Assembly: GCF_006345805.1 (NCBI RefSeq) | Contig: NC_043025.1 | Coordinates: forward strand, 5,270,001-5,334,000 | Reading direction: 5' to 3' | DNA length: 64,000 bases | Source of the DNA: Octopus sinensis | Lineage: Eukaryota | In this document: positions 24,999-36,884 of the stretch, in pieces | Numbering within the stretch: the stretch's first letter is position 1 | How the letters are laid out: each line of letters starts with the position of its first letter | Translations under genes and position numbers: made by a program | The notes under the pieces: model-generated | Seen by the model: only the letters and a program-made list of their open reading frames with translations | Databases searched by the model: none | What the model was told of the DNA's origin: nothing

Positions 24999-25321
24999 AT
25001 CTACTTGGAAACTGATGCGTAGCGTTACTCAAACAAAGAGAGAAACAAATGGAAAACAGGATGAACGACCCTTCGTCAGTTGTCGGCTATCTACTCCTTA
25101 TTTCGAGCACTGAACGACAACATGAGTTTTCGAAAGCAGTCGCTTCCATAAGTACCAAAATATAATTTGGGATTTTATGGAGGGTCAAAGTTGGGGACAA
25201 GAACAGGACAGTGGAGACATACAAGGAAACCGAACGAAAACAAACATGGTGGGTCGTTAGAACAGAACGAGGGTAAAATAGCGAATGTGGGAGAAATGTA
25301 TTCTTTGACAAAAGAAAAGAC

Positions 25322-25371
<50 letters not shown>

Positions 25372-25386
25372 GAGAGAGAGGAGGGA

Positions 25387-25444
<58 letters not shown>

Positions 25445-25818
25445 GAGAGATAGGATACGTGCTGTCATTAAGACAGTCCTGAAAGGAAATAATCATCACG
25501 TGAGGATCAAGAGAAAGATGGACGATAGTCACGTATGAGCAACGAGAGAGAGAGAAACGGAGAGACAGAGCGTTTTCTATCTTTCTCTCCTTCTTTCCCC
25601 ATTTCTTTTTCTCGTTGCTCACACGTATCTGTGTATATATATATAGGATAAATGTAAAAAAACACAAACTGGGACAAGAACGCAAAACATTTAGAAGACG
25701 ATACAAAAGAACGGACGGGACATTCGAACCCTTCGATCTTCAGTCAAAAAGCGGATCATCTTCGCAATTTCGGCATATATATGTATGATTGAGTAAACCT
25801 CGCCAAGTTAAATATTTA

Positions 25819-25888
25819 AACCACCTGATGAATGACTGTAACTCGAAAATTTAAAGAAAATTAACAGCCATGAAACGATCGTAGTGTT
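25819..25888 (+). ncRNA. Type I hammerhead ribozyme motif, canonical core, in a Penelope-like repeat
   Basis: AACCAC-CTGATGA-[ATGACTGT...ACAGCCAT]-GAAA-CGATCG-TA/GTGTT; GUA cleavage triplet; palindromic helix III ACGATCGT. Confidence 0.65.
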
Positions 25889-26016
25889 ATATTAATTATA
25901 TTTTTTTAATAATTTTGTTATATATAAATAATATAAATTAAATAATCTTATGTATTGGCTTAAGTTTTTCATTGTATGATTTGCCTAATAGTGGTTTTTA
26001 TCTTAATTTAATATAA

Positions 26017-26070
<54 letters not shown>

Positions 26071-26709
26071 TGATAGAGAAGATGGCGACTGGTAAGCATC
26101 TTCAAAACTTATTTCCTTTCATTTTACACTTCATACACCATATTATCATGCTAATGACAAGACCTACACGTGTTTCCACTGCACGGTGTAGGGGCAGCTG
26201 CACATGCGACCGGGCATAATATTCTGTGCAGCTTCGTTCAGAGTCTTTCAACCAGTGAAAGAAGTGAACTCACTTCGCTCACTCAGTTAGAGCGTGAGTG
26301 GCAACTCCGAGTAGTCATAGACGTTAGATACTTATCAATGTGGTTAGCCGCAACCCGGAACATAACTGAGAGCCAACACGGTATCCGCCCGGATAGTATG
26401 TCCTTCCAAACTCACACACAGTTGTAACTGTACGGTCAGAAGATTCCCCTTCCCAACCACATGCTTCCGGGTTTAACGCCACAGCGTGGCACCTTGGACA
26501 AGTGTCTTCTACTATAGCCTCGAGCTGATCAAAGCCTTGTGAGTGGATTTGGTAGACGGAAACTGAAAGAAGCCCGTCGTATGTGTATGCGTGTGTGTGT
26601 GTGTGTTTGGATGGATGGATGGATGGAGATAGATAGGAGATAGATAGATAGATAGATAGATAAATAGACAGACAGATAGATAGATAAATAGACAGACAGA
26701 CAGATAAAC

Positions 26710-26778
<69 letters not shown>

Positions 26779-26822
26779 CTGACACACAAAATAATCTAAG
26801 TACGAAGAGATATAAAAATGGA

Positions 26823-27632
26823 TGGAAGCACTCCGTCGGTTACGACGATGAGGGTTCCGGTTGATCCGATCAATGGAACAGCCTGCTCGTAAAATTAACG
26901 TGTAAGTGGCTGAGCACTCCACAGACACGTGCACCCTTAACGTAGTTCTCGGGGATATTCAGTGTGACACAGAGAGTGACAAGGCCGGCCCTTTGAAATA
27001 CAGGTACAAGAGAGACAGGAAGTAAGAGTGAGAGAAAGTTGTGGTGAAAGAGTACAGCAGGGATCACCACCACTCCCTGCCGGAGCCTCGTGGAGCTTTA
27101 GGTGTTTTTGCTCAATAAACACTCACAACGCCCGGTCTGGGAATCGAAACCGCGATCCTATGACCGCGAGTCCGCTGCCGTAACCACTGGGCCATTGCGC
27201 CTCCACCCTTTGAAGTACAGGTACAACAGAAACAGGAAGTAAGAGCGAGAGAAAGTTGTGGTGAAAGAGTACAGCAGGGATCACCACCATCCCCTGCTCG
27301 TGGAGCTTTAGGTGTTTTCGCTCAATAAAACACTCACACGCCCGGTCTGGGAATCGAAACCGCGATCCTATGACCGCGAGTCCGCTGCCGTAACCACTGG
27401 GCCATTGCGCCTCCACCCTTTGAAGTACAGGTACAAAAGAAAACAGGAAGTAAGAGTGAGAGAAAGTTGTGGTGAAAGAGTACAGCAGGGATCACCACCA
27501 TCCCTGCCGGAGCCTCGTGGAGCTTTTAGGTGTTTTCGCTCAATAAACACTCACAACGCCCGGTCTGGGAATCGAAACCGCGATCCTATGACCGCGAGTC
27601 CGCTGCCGTAACCACTGGGCCATTGCGCCTCC
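26823..27632 (-). mobile_element. SINE family C with three tandem 5' halves and one tail
   Basis: The head repeats about every 210-220 bp. Confidence 0.88.
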
Positions 27633-27986
27633 ACATATAAAAATAAGAGGGAAGGGAACAGCGGGGATTGGAAAACCCGAAATCACTTCATCACATCACG
27701 ACAGCAGCAAATATCGTTGCGCATGCGCACTGACTGTCTTGTTTCGGGTTTGTTTTCGTTCCGTCTTTAAAATTTTGTTTATTTCTCGTCGACTTTCTCC
27801 CTTCGTTATATAACAATAATAATAATAATGAAATTATTGTATACAGTGCTCAGGTGCCCATATAATAATAGGAGGGAGTAGTGGCAGGTGTAGCTGTCGG
27901 GTGTGTATGAATGAACATTATATGTGTGTGTGTGTGTGTTTATGTGCATGTATGTGTGTGTGTATATATCTATATATCTATATATC

Positions 27987-28014
<28 letters not shown>

Positions 28015-28018
<4 letters not shown>

Positions 28019-28255
28019 GTTAATCCAAACAAGAAAACATAAAAAAAACACAGCAACGCGAGGTCGTGGAACAAATAAAGTATTATTGGACGCTCAGGAA
28101 AGAAGGAAAGAAGGAGGGTTTAACGTTTCGAGCGGAGCTCTTCGTCGGAAACAAAGGAGAAGGAAAGATCCCAAGAAGGGAAGACAGAGGAAAAAAATGT
28201 TTTTGCTGGTGGTGCTCAAGAGATCACATGTTGAAAGAACAGAAGTTGAGAGGTA
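28015..28255. mobile_element. Penelope-like terminal-repeat fragment next to (TA)n (relatives at 53415-53600, 39625-39935, 23900-24050)
   Basis: Shared cgtttcgagc...ctcttc and cctgagcgtcca segments between copies. PLE assignment is inferred from the hammerhead-like motif. Confidence 0.5.
28118..28152 (-). ncRNA. Variant minimal hammerhead-like motif (core CCGACGA)
   Basis: Reverse complement is GTTT-CCGACGA-A-GAGC-TCC-GCTC-GAAA-CG-TT/AAAC. A homologue lies at 53518-53552. Confidence 0.4.
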
Positions 28256-28268
28256 TACATATATATGT

Positions 28269-28547
28269 GGAGGCGCAATGGCCCAGTGGTTAAGGCAGCG
28301 GACTCGCGGTCGTAGGATCGCGGTTTCGATTCCCAGACTAGGCATTGTGAGTGTTTATTGAGCGAAAACACCTAGAAGCTCCACGAGGCTCCAGCAGAGG
28401 GTGGTGGTGACCCCTGCTGTACTCTTTCACCACTCTTTCTTCTGTTGGCCTGCTCGCTAAGCCAGCGGGGTGGCGTCATTCGAAGGCTAAAACAATGCGA
28501 ACGCATTGTGACCAGCGATGTGTAACTACATCTGATGGACTGGTCGG
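28269..28547 (+). mobile_element. SINE family C, tail type 2
   Basis: Same head, different 3' region, shared with 54614-54906. Confidence 0.85.
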
Positions 28548-28960
28548 TTTCTTTACTACCCACGAAGGGCTAAACACAGAGGGGACAAACAAGGACAGAG
28601 AAACAGATTAAGTCGATTACATCGACACCAGTGCGTAACTGGTACTTAATTTATCGATCCCGAAAGGATGAAAGGCAAAGTCGACCTCGGCGGAATTTGA
28701 ACTCAGAGCGTAGCGACAGACGAAATACCTATTTCTTTACTATCCACAAGGGGCTAAACATAGAGGGGACAAACAAGGACAGACAAACGGATTAAGTCGA
28801 TAACATCGACCCCAGTGCGTAACTGGTACTTAATTTATCGACCCCGAAAGGATGAAAGGCAAAGTCGACCTCGGCGGAATTTGAACTCAGAACGTAATGA
28901 CAGACGAAATACGGCTACGCATTTCGCCCGGCGTACTAACATTTCTGCCAGCTCACCGCC
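28548..28960 (-). mobile_element. SINE family B dimer
   Basis: Same junction as the other multimers. Confidence 0.9.
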
Positions 28961-28974
28961 GTATGTATATATAA

Positions 28975-29031
<57 letters not shown>

Positions 29032-30072
29032 GTGTGTATGTATGTATGTGGAGGAAAAGGGTGTTATTTAACCCCCAAGGCCTAGCCCAATCAAGGAAAC
29101 CTATAATCAAAAACATCCCAGCTGTGACAACCATGTAATTTTAGGGTAATCTAGGACGGCATTATCGAATAGATCCCTTCGTGTTTAAACGCACTACCGT
29201 ATTATCAACTGTTTTGGCTGCTATTCCTAGCAGGTTAAGTGATCACCCAGGGACTTGCTCGCTGGCGATGGCTGAAGCAGGATAGGTTGTATGGGCGGTA
29301 GTAGATGCTGTGATAGTTGTGTTTAGGGGTGTGTTTAGTGTAAAGCATTTTTTTTCAATTCAAGGAAGTGGGTAAACTAGAAGCAGATAAGATCGATAAA
29401 CGTACCAGTCATATATTCGGGTCCTCACATCAAAACGACCCGTTTCCTTCACTTGAAAAGGAAGATGAGGTTAGAGAGGAGAGTGCTGTCTGATAACAAG
29501 TTTTCTGAAAAGTGGGTGAATTGTGCGAGAATGGCCAGTATAAATGGACCAATTCTCAGGTTTTGCCTGTAACTGAAAAAGGTATCATAAAAGGAAAAAG
29601 GGGCTCTCTACCCCCCCCCCTTTTGACCAGGCTCCCGTTGGCTTTTATGGGGTTTTTTCCTCCAGGAACCTTTCGTAACGCCTCCCCCTATTGGGAGTTT
29701 TTCGTTGTTATATTATTTGATTGCTACACGATTTTTTCACAAACGGACAAAATCCTTTGTAACCTTTCGTCCTGTTTTGTCGAACCGCTAAGTGACGGGG
29801 ACATAAACACACCAGCATCGGTTGTTAAGCAATGCTAGGGGGACAAACACAGACACACAAACATACATATATACATATATACGACGGGCTTCTTTCAGTT
29901 TCCGTCTACCACATCCACTCACAAGGCTTTGGTTGGCCCGAGTAGAAGACAGTTGCCCAAGGTGCCATGCAGTGGAACTGAACCCGGAACCATGTGTCCC
30001 TTTAGGTTTTCTAATCATGTGTGTCAGCCCTTGTGGCCAATAAAAAGAATTAATTATTATTATTATTTAGAG

Positions 30073-30323
30073 CAGCGGTTCCCAAACGTTTTCAGGCTGT
30101 CCCGTACACCCTTGGCACCCGGGCCACATTCCTGGTGCCCCTCCCACAACTCACCACCACAAACACAGACCACCTTCTGCAGCAAATTCAGGAGTTTTAA
30201 CATCAATCGCCCCCCCCCTCTCGCCCCCCCCCATTATCACCCCCACACACTTTTTTTCAACGGCACCCCCGGATCTTTCCACTGTCCTCAAGGGGGTATG
30301 GTCGCTGACTCTGGCAACCACTG
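30073..30323. mobile_element. hAT (Charlie/Tip100-like) MITE
   Basis: Termini CAGCGGTTCCCAAAC and ...GGCAACCACTG; degenerate 8-bp TSD ATTTAGAG/ATTCAGAC. A second hAT-like left end (CAACGGTTCTCAACC) follows at about 30337. Confidence 0.7.
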
Positions 30324-30499
30324 ATTCAGACAGAGCAACGGTTCTCAACCGAGATTCATATGACCTCGGGGGTGAGGGTAACCCTTGGGGAAGGTGACCA
30401 ATGGGGTGGGGGGGGTCCATAGGGGTCAGTATAACATTTTATGTACAGTAAATTGGTTATACTCCTAAAATACGCAAAATATTTATTTTTCTTTCATCC

Positions 30500-31232
30500 T
30501 TTTACATGCTTCAGTCATTTGACCGTGGCCAGCTGGAGCACCGCCTTTAAGGGTGTTTTTTTAGTCGAAGAACTCGCCCCGGGGATTTACTCTCTGCAAC
30601 CCCAGTACTTATTCTATCGGACTCTTATACCGTACGGCTAATTTACGGGGACGTAAACACACCAACATCGGTTGTCAAACGAATGTGGCGAGACAAACAC
30701 GATATATATATATATATACGGCAGGCTTCTTTCAGTTTCCGTCTACCAAATCCACTCACAAGGCTTTGGTCGGCCGAAAATATCCAGCAGCGGGACTGAA
30801 CTCGGAACCATGTGGTTGGTAAGCAAGGTTCTTGAGTGGCTGTGTGGTAAGTAGCTTGCTAACCAACCACATGGTTCTGGGTTCAGTCTCACTGCATGGC
30901 ACATTGAGCAAGTGTCTTCTACTATAGCCTCGGCCCGACCAAAGCCTTGTGAGTGGATTTGGTAGACGGAAACTGAAAGAAGCCTGTCGTATATATGTAT
31001 ATATGTGGGGGGGTGTGTCTGTGTTTGTCCCCCTAGCATTGCTTGACAACCGATGCTGGTGTGTTTACGTCCCCGTCACCTAGCGGTTTGGCAAAAGAGA
31101 CCGATAGAATAAGTACTGGGCTTACAAAAGAATAAGTCCCGGGGTCGATTTGCTCGACTAAAGGCGGTGCTCCAGCATGGCCGCAGTCAAATGACTGAAA
31201 CAAGTAAAAGAGAGTAAAGAGTGAAAAGAGAG
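30500..31232. mobile_element. Two SINE-A copies head-to-head (- at 30500-30830, + at 30834-31232)
   Basis: Orientation switches at about 30830. Confidence 0.85.
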
Positions 31233-31537
31233 TATATGAAAATATAATGGGATTTTTTGAAACATCGAATTGCTAATAGGGTCCAATAGAATAAAAGGGA
31301 ATGAAGACGCCTGATTTAGACAGAAGCGCGTCTGACAGAACTGTTGACGCATCGGACGAAACGCTTAGCAGCATTTCTTCCGGTTCTTTACGTTGTGGGT
31401 TCAAACCCCGCCGGAATCGAATTTGCTTTCATCCTGTGTGGAGATGAGGGGTTCGATAAACATAAAGTTTTAATGCAATACGGAGATCGATAGAATCCAC
31501 TTGCCCGCTCCTCCTCCTTTTCGCAACTGCTGGACTT

Positions 31538-31925
31538 ACTCTTTTACTCTTTTACTTGTTTCAGTCATTATGACTGTGGCCATGCTGGAGCACCGCCTTT
31601 AGTCGAGCAACTCGACCCCGGGACTCATTCTTTGTAAGCCCAGTACTTAATTCTATCGGTCCCTTAGGCCAAACCGCTAAGTTACGGGGACGTAAACACA
31701 CCAGCATCGGTTGCCAAGCGATGTTGGGGGGGGGACATAAACATACATATATATATATATACGACGGGCTTCTTTCAGTTTCCGTCTACCAAATCCATTC
31801 ACAAGGCTTTGGTCGGCCCGAGGCTATAGTAGAAGACACTTCCCCCAAGGTGCCACGCGGTGGGACTGAACCCAGAACCATGTGGTTGGTAAGCAAGCTA
31901 CTTACCACACAGCCACTCCTACGCC
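31538..31925 (-). mobile_element. SINE family A
   Basis: Full-length copy. Confidence 0.9.
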
Positions 31926-32503
31926 TCAAAAAAAAAAAATTATCTGGACGGGAAGATTTAGCTGTTATTTCTAGCAATTCAAGCGACCACATAGAGCTTT
32001 TCCACGTCGTCTGATGATGTTGACAATAGGGTATGATTGAGCTGTAGTGGTGGTGGTGGTGGAGAAGGTGAGGATGACAGGGGTATTCGGAGGTAAGATG
32101 ACGATGGTGGTGGTAGCGGTGGTTGTGAGGGGGGGGGATTTTCTCTCCCCCCCCCGACTTCCGCCAGCACGTCGCCCCCAAACCCTTGATACCAACCCCC
32201 TCCGTACCACATATTGTTATAAACTCCTTCCAGTCCATCACGCCTCATTCTTCCTCTCTCTTTCTCTCTCCTTTAACCAATTGTCAAAGTTGTGTCTTAT
32301 CTTCCTTCCCCACTCCTTCTTCCCCCACTTACATATCCACCCACCCATATACATATACACACACACACACGCACACACACATACGTACATACATGCATGC
32401 GCGCACACACAAATCTAACGGCGACCACAAACGTGCACCGCGCAAACAAAACTTAACGAAATTATCTTCAAAGCTCGCAATCATTATATATATAAATATT
32501 ATA

Positions 32504-32849
32504 GGCGCAGGAGTGGCTGTGTGGTAAGTAGCTTGCTAACCAACCACATGGTTCCGGGTTCAGTCCCACTGCGTGGCATCTTGGGCAAGTGTCTTCTACT
32601 ATAGCCTCGGGATGACCAATGCCTTGTGAGTAGATTTGGTAGACGGAAACTGAAAAGAAGCCTGTCGTATATATGTATATATATATAGGCGTAGGAGTGG
32701 CTGTGTGGTAAGGAGCTTGCTAACCAACCACATGGTTCCGGGTTCAGTCCCACTGCGTGGCATCTTGGGCAAGTGTCTTCTGCTATAGCCTTGGGCCGAC
32801 TAATGCCTTGTGAATGGATTTGTAGACGGAAACTGAAAAAGCCCGTCGT
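32504..32849 (+). mobile_element. Two tandem SINE-A heads
   Basis: Heads start at 32504 and 32688. Confidence 0.85.
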
Positions 32850-32850
32850 A

Positions 32851-32920
<70 letters not shown>

Positions 32921-32921
<1 letters not shown>

Positions 32922-33199
32922 TTATATCTGTCCCTTTTGCTGTCCTGGTGTTCGTATGCATTCGATCCTTCTTCCAGGAAATCTACGCTTCCTGCTTAGT
33001 TTTTCTAATGCTCGTTGCTTAGTTTTTCTTGGAGGGCTGGCCGTGATCTAGTAATCTCAAGATTAATCAGCCGAAATTACTACGATGATCCGGTTCTTGA
33101 CTGAAGACTGAGGGGTTCGAATGTCCTGTCCATGTTTATTGTGTCGTCTTCTAAGAGTTATACGTTCTTGTCCATGTTGTATTTTTCTACATACCTTAA
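32921..33199. repeat. 279-bp direct repeat, copy 1 (Penelope-like terminal-repeat family; relatives at about 20480-20710 and 25670-25770)
   Basis: Identical by eye to 33773-34051. Confidence 0.85.
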
Positions 33200-33772
33200 C
33201 ATATATTCCGGCGCCCCGTACCCACCTTATCATTAATGTGAGCACATATTCTTAATAATTGGTACGACTCTCTTTTTGTCTCCCTCTCTCTCTCATTTTT
33301 ACTTGATCTGTCCCCCTCTCTCTCTCTCTCTCTCTCTCTCTCCTTTCTCTCTCTTCTCTCTACTCATCCTCTTTTTCTCTTCTCTTTACCCTCCTATTTC
33401 TTTGTCTCGCTCTGCACTCACAGGTCATTCTTCGACACCCATCCCTTCTCCTCTCTGATCCCTTCTTTCTCTCTCCTTCTCTCTCTTTGTTGCGTTTTTG
33501 TCCCTCGTCTCTCTCTCTCTTCCTTTGCTTCTCTTTCTTTTCTTTTCCCTCTTCTCTGTCACGTGACTGTTGGCCGAAATCTGCCTTTCAGCTCCTGACC
33601 CTCGTCGTGTTAACATCGTTGTTTTTCGTCCGCCGCTATAAAGGCTTCTTCCAATGCGCCAGAGAAAAATTTTGTTTGCTTGTTATCAGTCGTAAGACAC
33701 TTGTTGTTTTCACACCGTTAATGCTTCTGTATTTCATGTTTCTGTATTCCATTATTGTTTTTTTTTTTTTTT

Positions 33773-34047
33773 TTTATATCTGTCCCTTTTGCTGTCCTGG
33801 TGTTCGTATGCATTCGATCCTTCTTCCAGGAAATCTACGCTTCCTGCTTAGTTTTTCTAATGCTCGTTGCTTAGTTTTTCTTGGAGGGCTGGCCGTGATC
33901 TAGTAATCTCAAGATTAATCAGCCGAAATTACTACGATGATCCGGTTCTTGACTGAAGACTGAGGGGTTCGAATGTCCTGTCCATGTTTATTGTGTCGTC
34001 TTCTAAGAGTTATACGTTCTTGTCCATGTTGTATTTTTCTACATACC

Positions 34048-34051
<4 letters not shown>
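33773..34051. repeat. 279-bp direct repeat, copy 2
   Basis: Identical by eye to 32921-33199; preceded by a T tract of about 18 nt. Confidence 0.85.
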
Positions 34052-34135
<84 letters not shown>

Positions 34136-34137
<2 letters not shown>

Positions 34138-35093
34138 CGCAGGAGTGGCTGTGTGGTAAATAGCTTGCTAACCAACCACATAGTTCCGGGTTCAGTCCCA
34201 CTGCATGGCATCTTGGGCAAGTGTCTTCTGCTATAGCCTTGGGCCGACTAATGCCTTGTGAATGGATTTGGTAGACGGAAACTGAAAGAAGCCCGTCGTA
34301 TATATGTATATATATATGCGTGTGTGTGTTTGTGTTTGTCCCCCTAGCATTGCACGACGACCGATGCTGGTGTGTTTACGTCCCCATCACTTAGTGGTTC
34401 GGCAAAAGAGACCGATAGAATAAGTACTAGGCTTACAAAGAATAAGTCCCAGGGTCGAGTTGCTCGATTAAAGGCGGTGCTCCAGCATGGCCACAGTCAA
34501 ATGACTGAAACAAGTAAAAGAGTAAAGAGAGAGAGTAAAGAGTACTTAAATATGCAACAAGCTTCACTCAGTTTCCATCTGTTAAACCCACTCCCAAGGA
34601 TTTTGTCAGCCTTTGGAGACGTTCGCAGACGACAAATTGACAGTCTCTATGACTGACTGGATGGATGGATGGATGGATGGATAGGTAGATAGATTAATAG
34701 ACATGGATGGATGAATAGACAGGTTTCAGTCATTTGACTGTGGCCATGCTGGGGCATCACCTTTAGTCGAACAAATCATACCCAGGACTTACGCTTTGTA
34801 AGCATAGCACTTATTTTATCATCCCTTCTGCCGAACTGCTAAGTGTCACGGACATAAACACACCAACATCGGTTGCCAAGTGATGGTGGGAGGACAAACA
34901 AAGACACAAAAATATACATACATACATCTACATACGATGGGCTTCTTTCAGTTTCCCCTCTACCAAATCCACTCACAAAGCCTTGAGGGTATAGTAGAAG
35001 ACACCTGCCCAAGACACTTGCCATGCAGTGGGACTGAACCTGGACCCATGTGGTTGGGAAGCAAGTCTCTTACCACACAGTCACACCTGTGCC
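34136..35093. mobile_element. SINE-A (+, 34136-34545) and an older decayed SINE-A (-, 34722-35093)
   Basis: Tail-to-tail pair. Confidence 0.85.
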
Positions 35094-35266
35094 TGTAAAT
35101 TTTACTTAAAGATATGGGTTTTTATAAGCTTTTAACAGTGAAATGGTTAAAAGATGAATAAGGGCCAAAAGCTGTAAATCTACTTTTATACATTACAACT
35201 CAATGGCTTCCCCCTGCCTGATGAGATCTCATTTTATTCTAATAACCATTACTAAGTTTTATCATG

Positions 35267-35680
35267 TACTAGCAGCATAGCCCGGCGTTGCCCGGGTATG
35301 TAAGAGCCTCTAGTAGGCAACGACTAATCCCAATCTAGTCCTTTCCCGCTAGGGAACGTAGGTGCATGTGTAGGTTGCAATGTCTTCTCTTCACTCGAAT
35401 ACTTCTGTGTATACGATGTTCCTAGCTGTCGAGTTGTGTCCCCTAGACAGAAAATGTGTTGCATATAAAAAGCTTAGATTCTCAACCCCATGTCGAATTT
35501 ATAGTCTTTTTTCAGAACTGGGGGAACTTTTCAAAATTTTCGCTGCGTTAGTTTTGAATTATGACATTGGGCTATGTGTGTGTCAAGTTTCATCAGAATC
35601 GGTTGAAAGCCGTGGCCAGAGTGAGGGTACAACCTGACAGACACACAGACAGACAAACTGCCGTTTATATATAGAGAGAT
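35267..35680. mobile_element. Helentron-associated (HINE/DINE-1-like) element
   Basis: Same terminal structure as 24602-24998 (TACTAGCAG..CCCGGCGTTGCCCGG ... TTTATATATAGAGAGAT) with a different interior. Confidence 0.6.
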
Positions 35681-35834
35681 ATCATAATTACTACTACAGG
35701 TAAAATTTAGTTAATTATGACCACATACATGATATCTTGCATCATACTTATTCGATAAAACCCTTTTTATTGGAGCTCTCCCTTTTAAAGTAATTGCTGT
35801 GCCTTGCCCCCACAAAAGTGAAAGTAGAGATATC

Positions 35835-36041
35835 TCTTTCTCTTTCACTTGCTTCAGTCATTTGACTGCGGCCATGCTGGAGCACCACCTTTAATCGAGC
35901 AACTCAACCCCGGGACTTATTCTTTTGTAAGCCCGGTACTTATTCTATCGGTCGCTTTTGTCGAACCGCTAAGTGACGGGGACATAAACACACCAGCATC
36001 GGTTGTCAAGCGATGCTAGGGGGACAAACACAGACACACAA

Positions 36042-36080
<39 letters not shown>

Positions 36081-36245
36081 TACGACGGGCTTCTTTCAGT
36101 TTCCGTCTACCACATCCACTCACAAGGCTTTGGTCAGCCTGAGGCTATAGTAGAAGACACTTGCCCAAGGTGCCACGCAGTGGGACTGAACCCGGAACCA
36201 TGTGGTTGGTAAACAAGCTACTTACCACACAGCCACTCATGCACC
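35835..36245 (-). mobile_element. SINE family A
   Basis: Full-length copy. Confidence 0.9.
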
Positions 36246-36884
36246 TCAACTAAACTAACATAACGTGGATAATAATTTATATGTTTTACTCAAAAATGGA
36301 TTGTACAAGTTTTTAACAGTGAAATGATTTTAAAAAAATGAATAAATTATGCTCTTGGTAAGTTAGTTTAGTTGTGGTACCTCAACTGCCACTTAGCTGG
36401 GTGCTAAGCATGACAAATACTTAAAAAGGGGCTGATACAAAATATAAATGAAGGTCTTATTGTATAAGATTTACTGTATATACAGTAAATCTTATACGTA
36501 AAAAGCACCCACTACACACGGAGTGGTTGGCATTAGGAAGGGCATCCAGCTGTAGAAACATTGCCAGATCAGATTGGAGCCTGGTGCAGCCTCCCAGCTT
36601 GTCAGTCCTCAGTCAAACCGTCCAACCCATGCCAGCATGGAAAGCGAACATTATATTACGACGATGATAATGTGTGTATCTGCATGTATGTGTGTTTGTA
36701 TGTACAAAACATACAGTTGACTTTTATATGGCTTCAACTACAGGTTTTTAAGGCATATCATGTGAATCCTTCAACAGAAAACACTACATCTTGTTGTTCC
36801 CTTCGTACATAAAAAAACACAAACAAGGTTGTTACCCTGACATCAGTTCATTGATCATAAATGAGAAGAGTGTTGCAAGGGCCC

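Noticed and set aside
25070-25082. Minus-strand CTGACGA hammerhead core
   Set aside because: No GAAA follows helix II.
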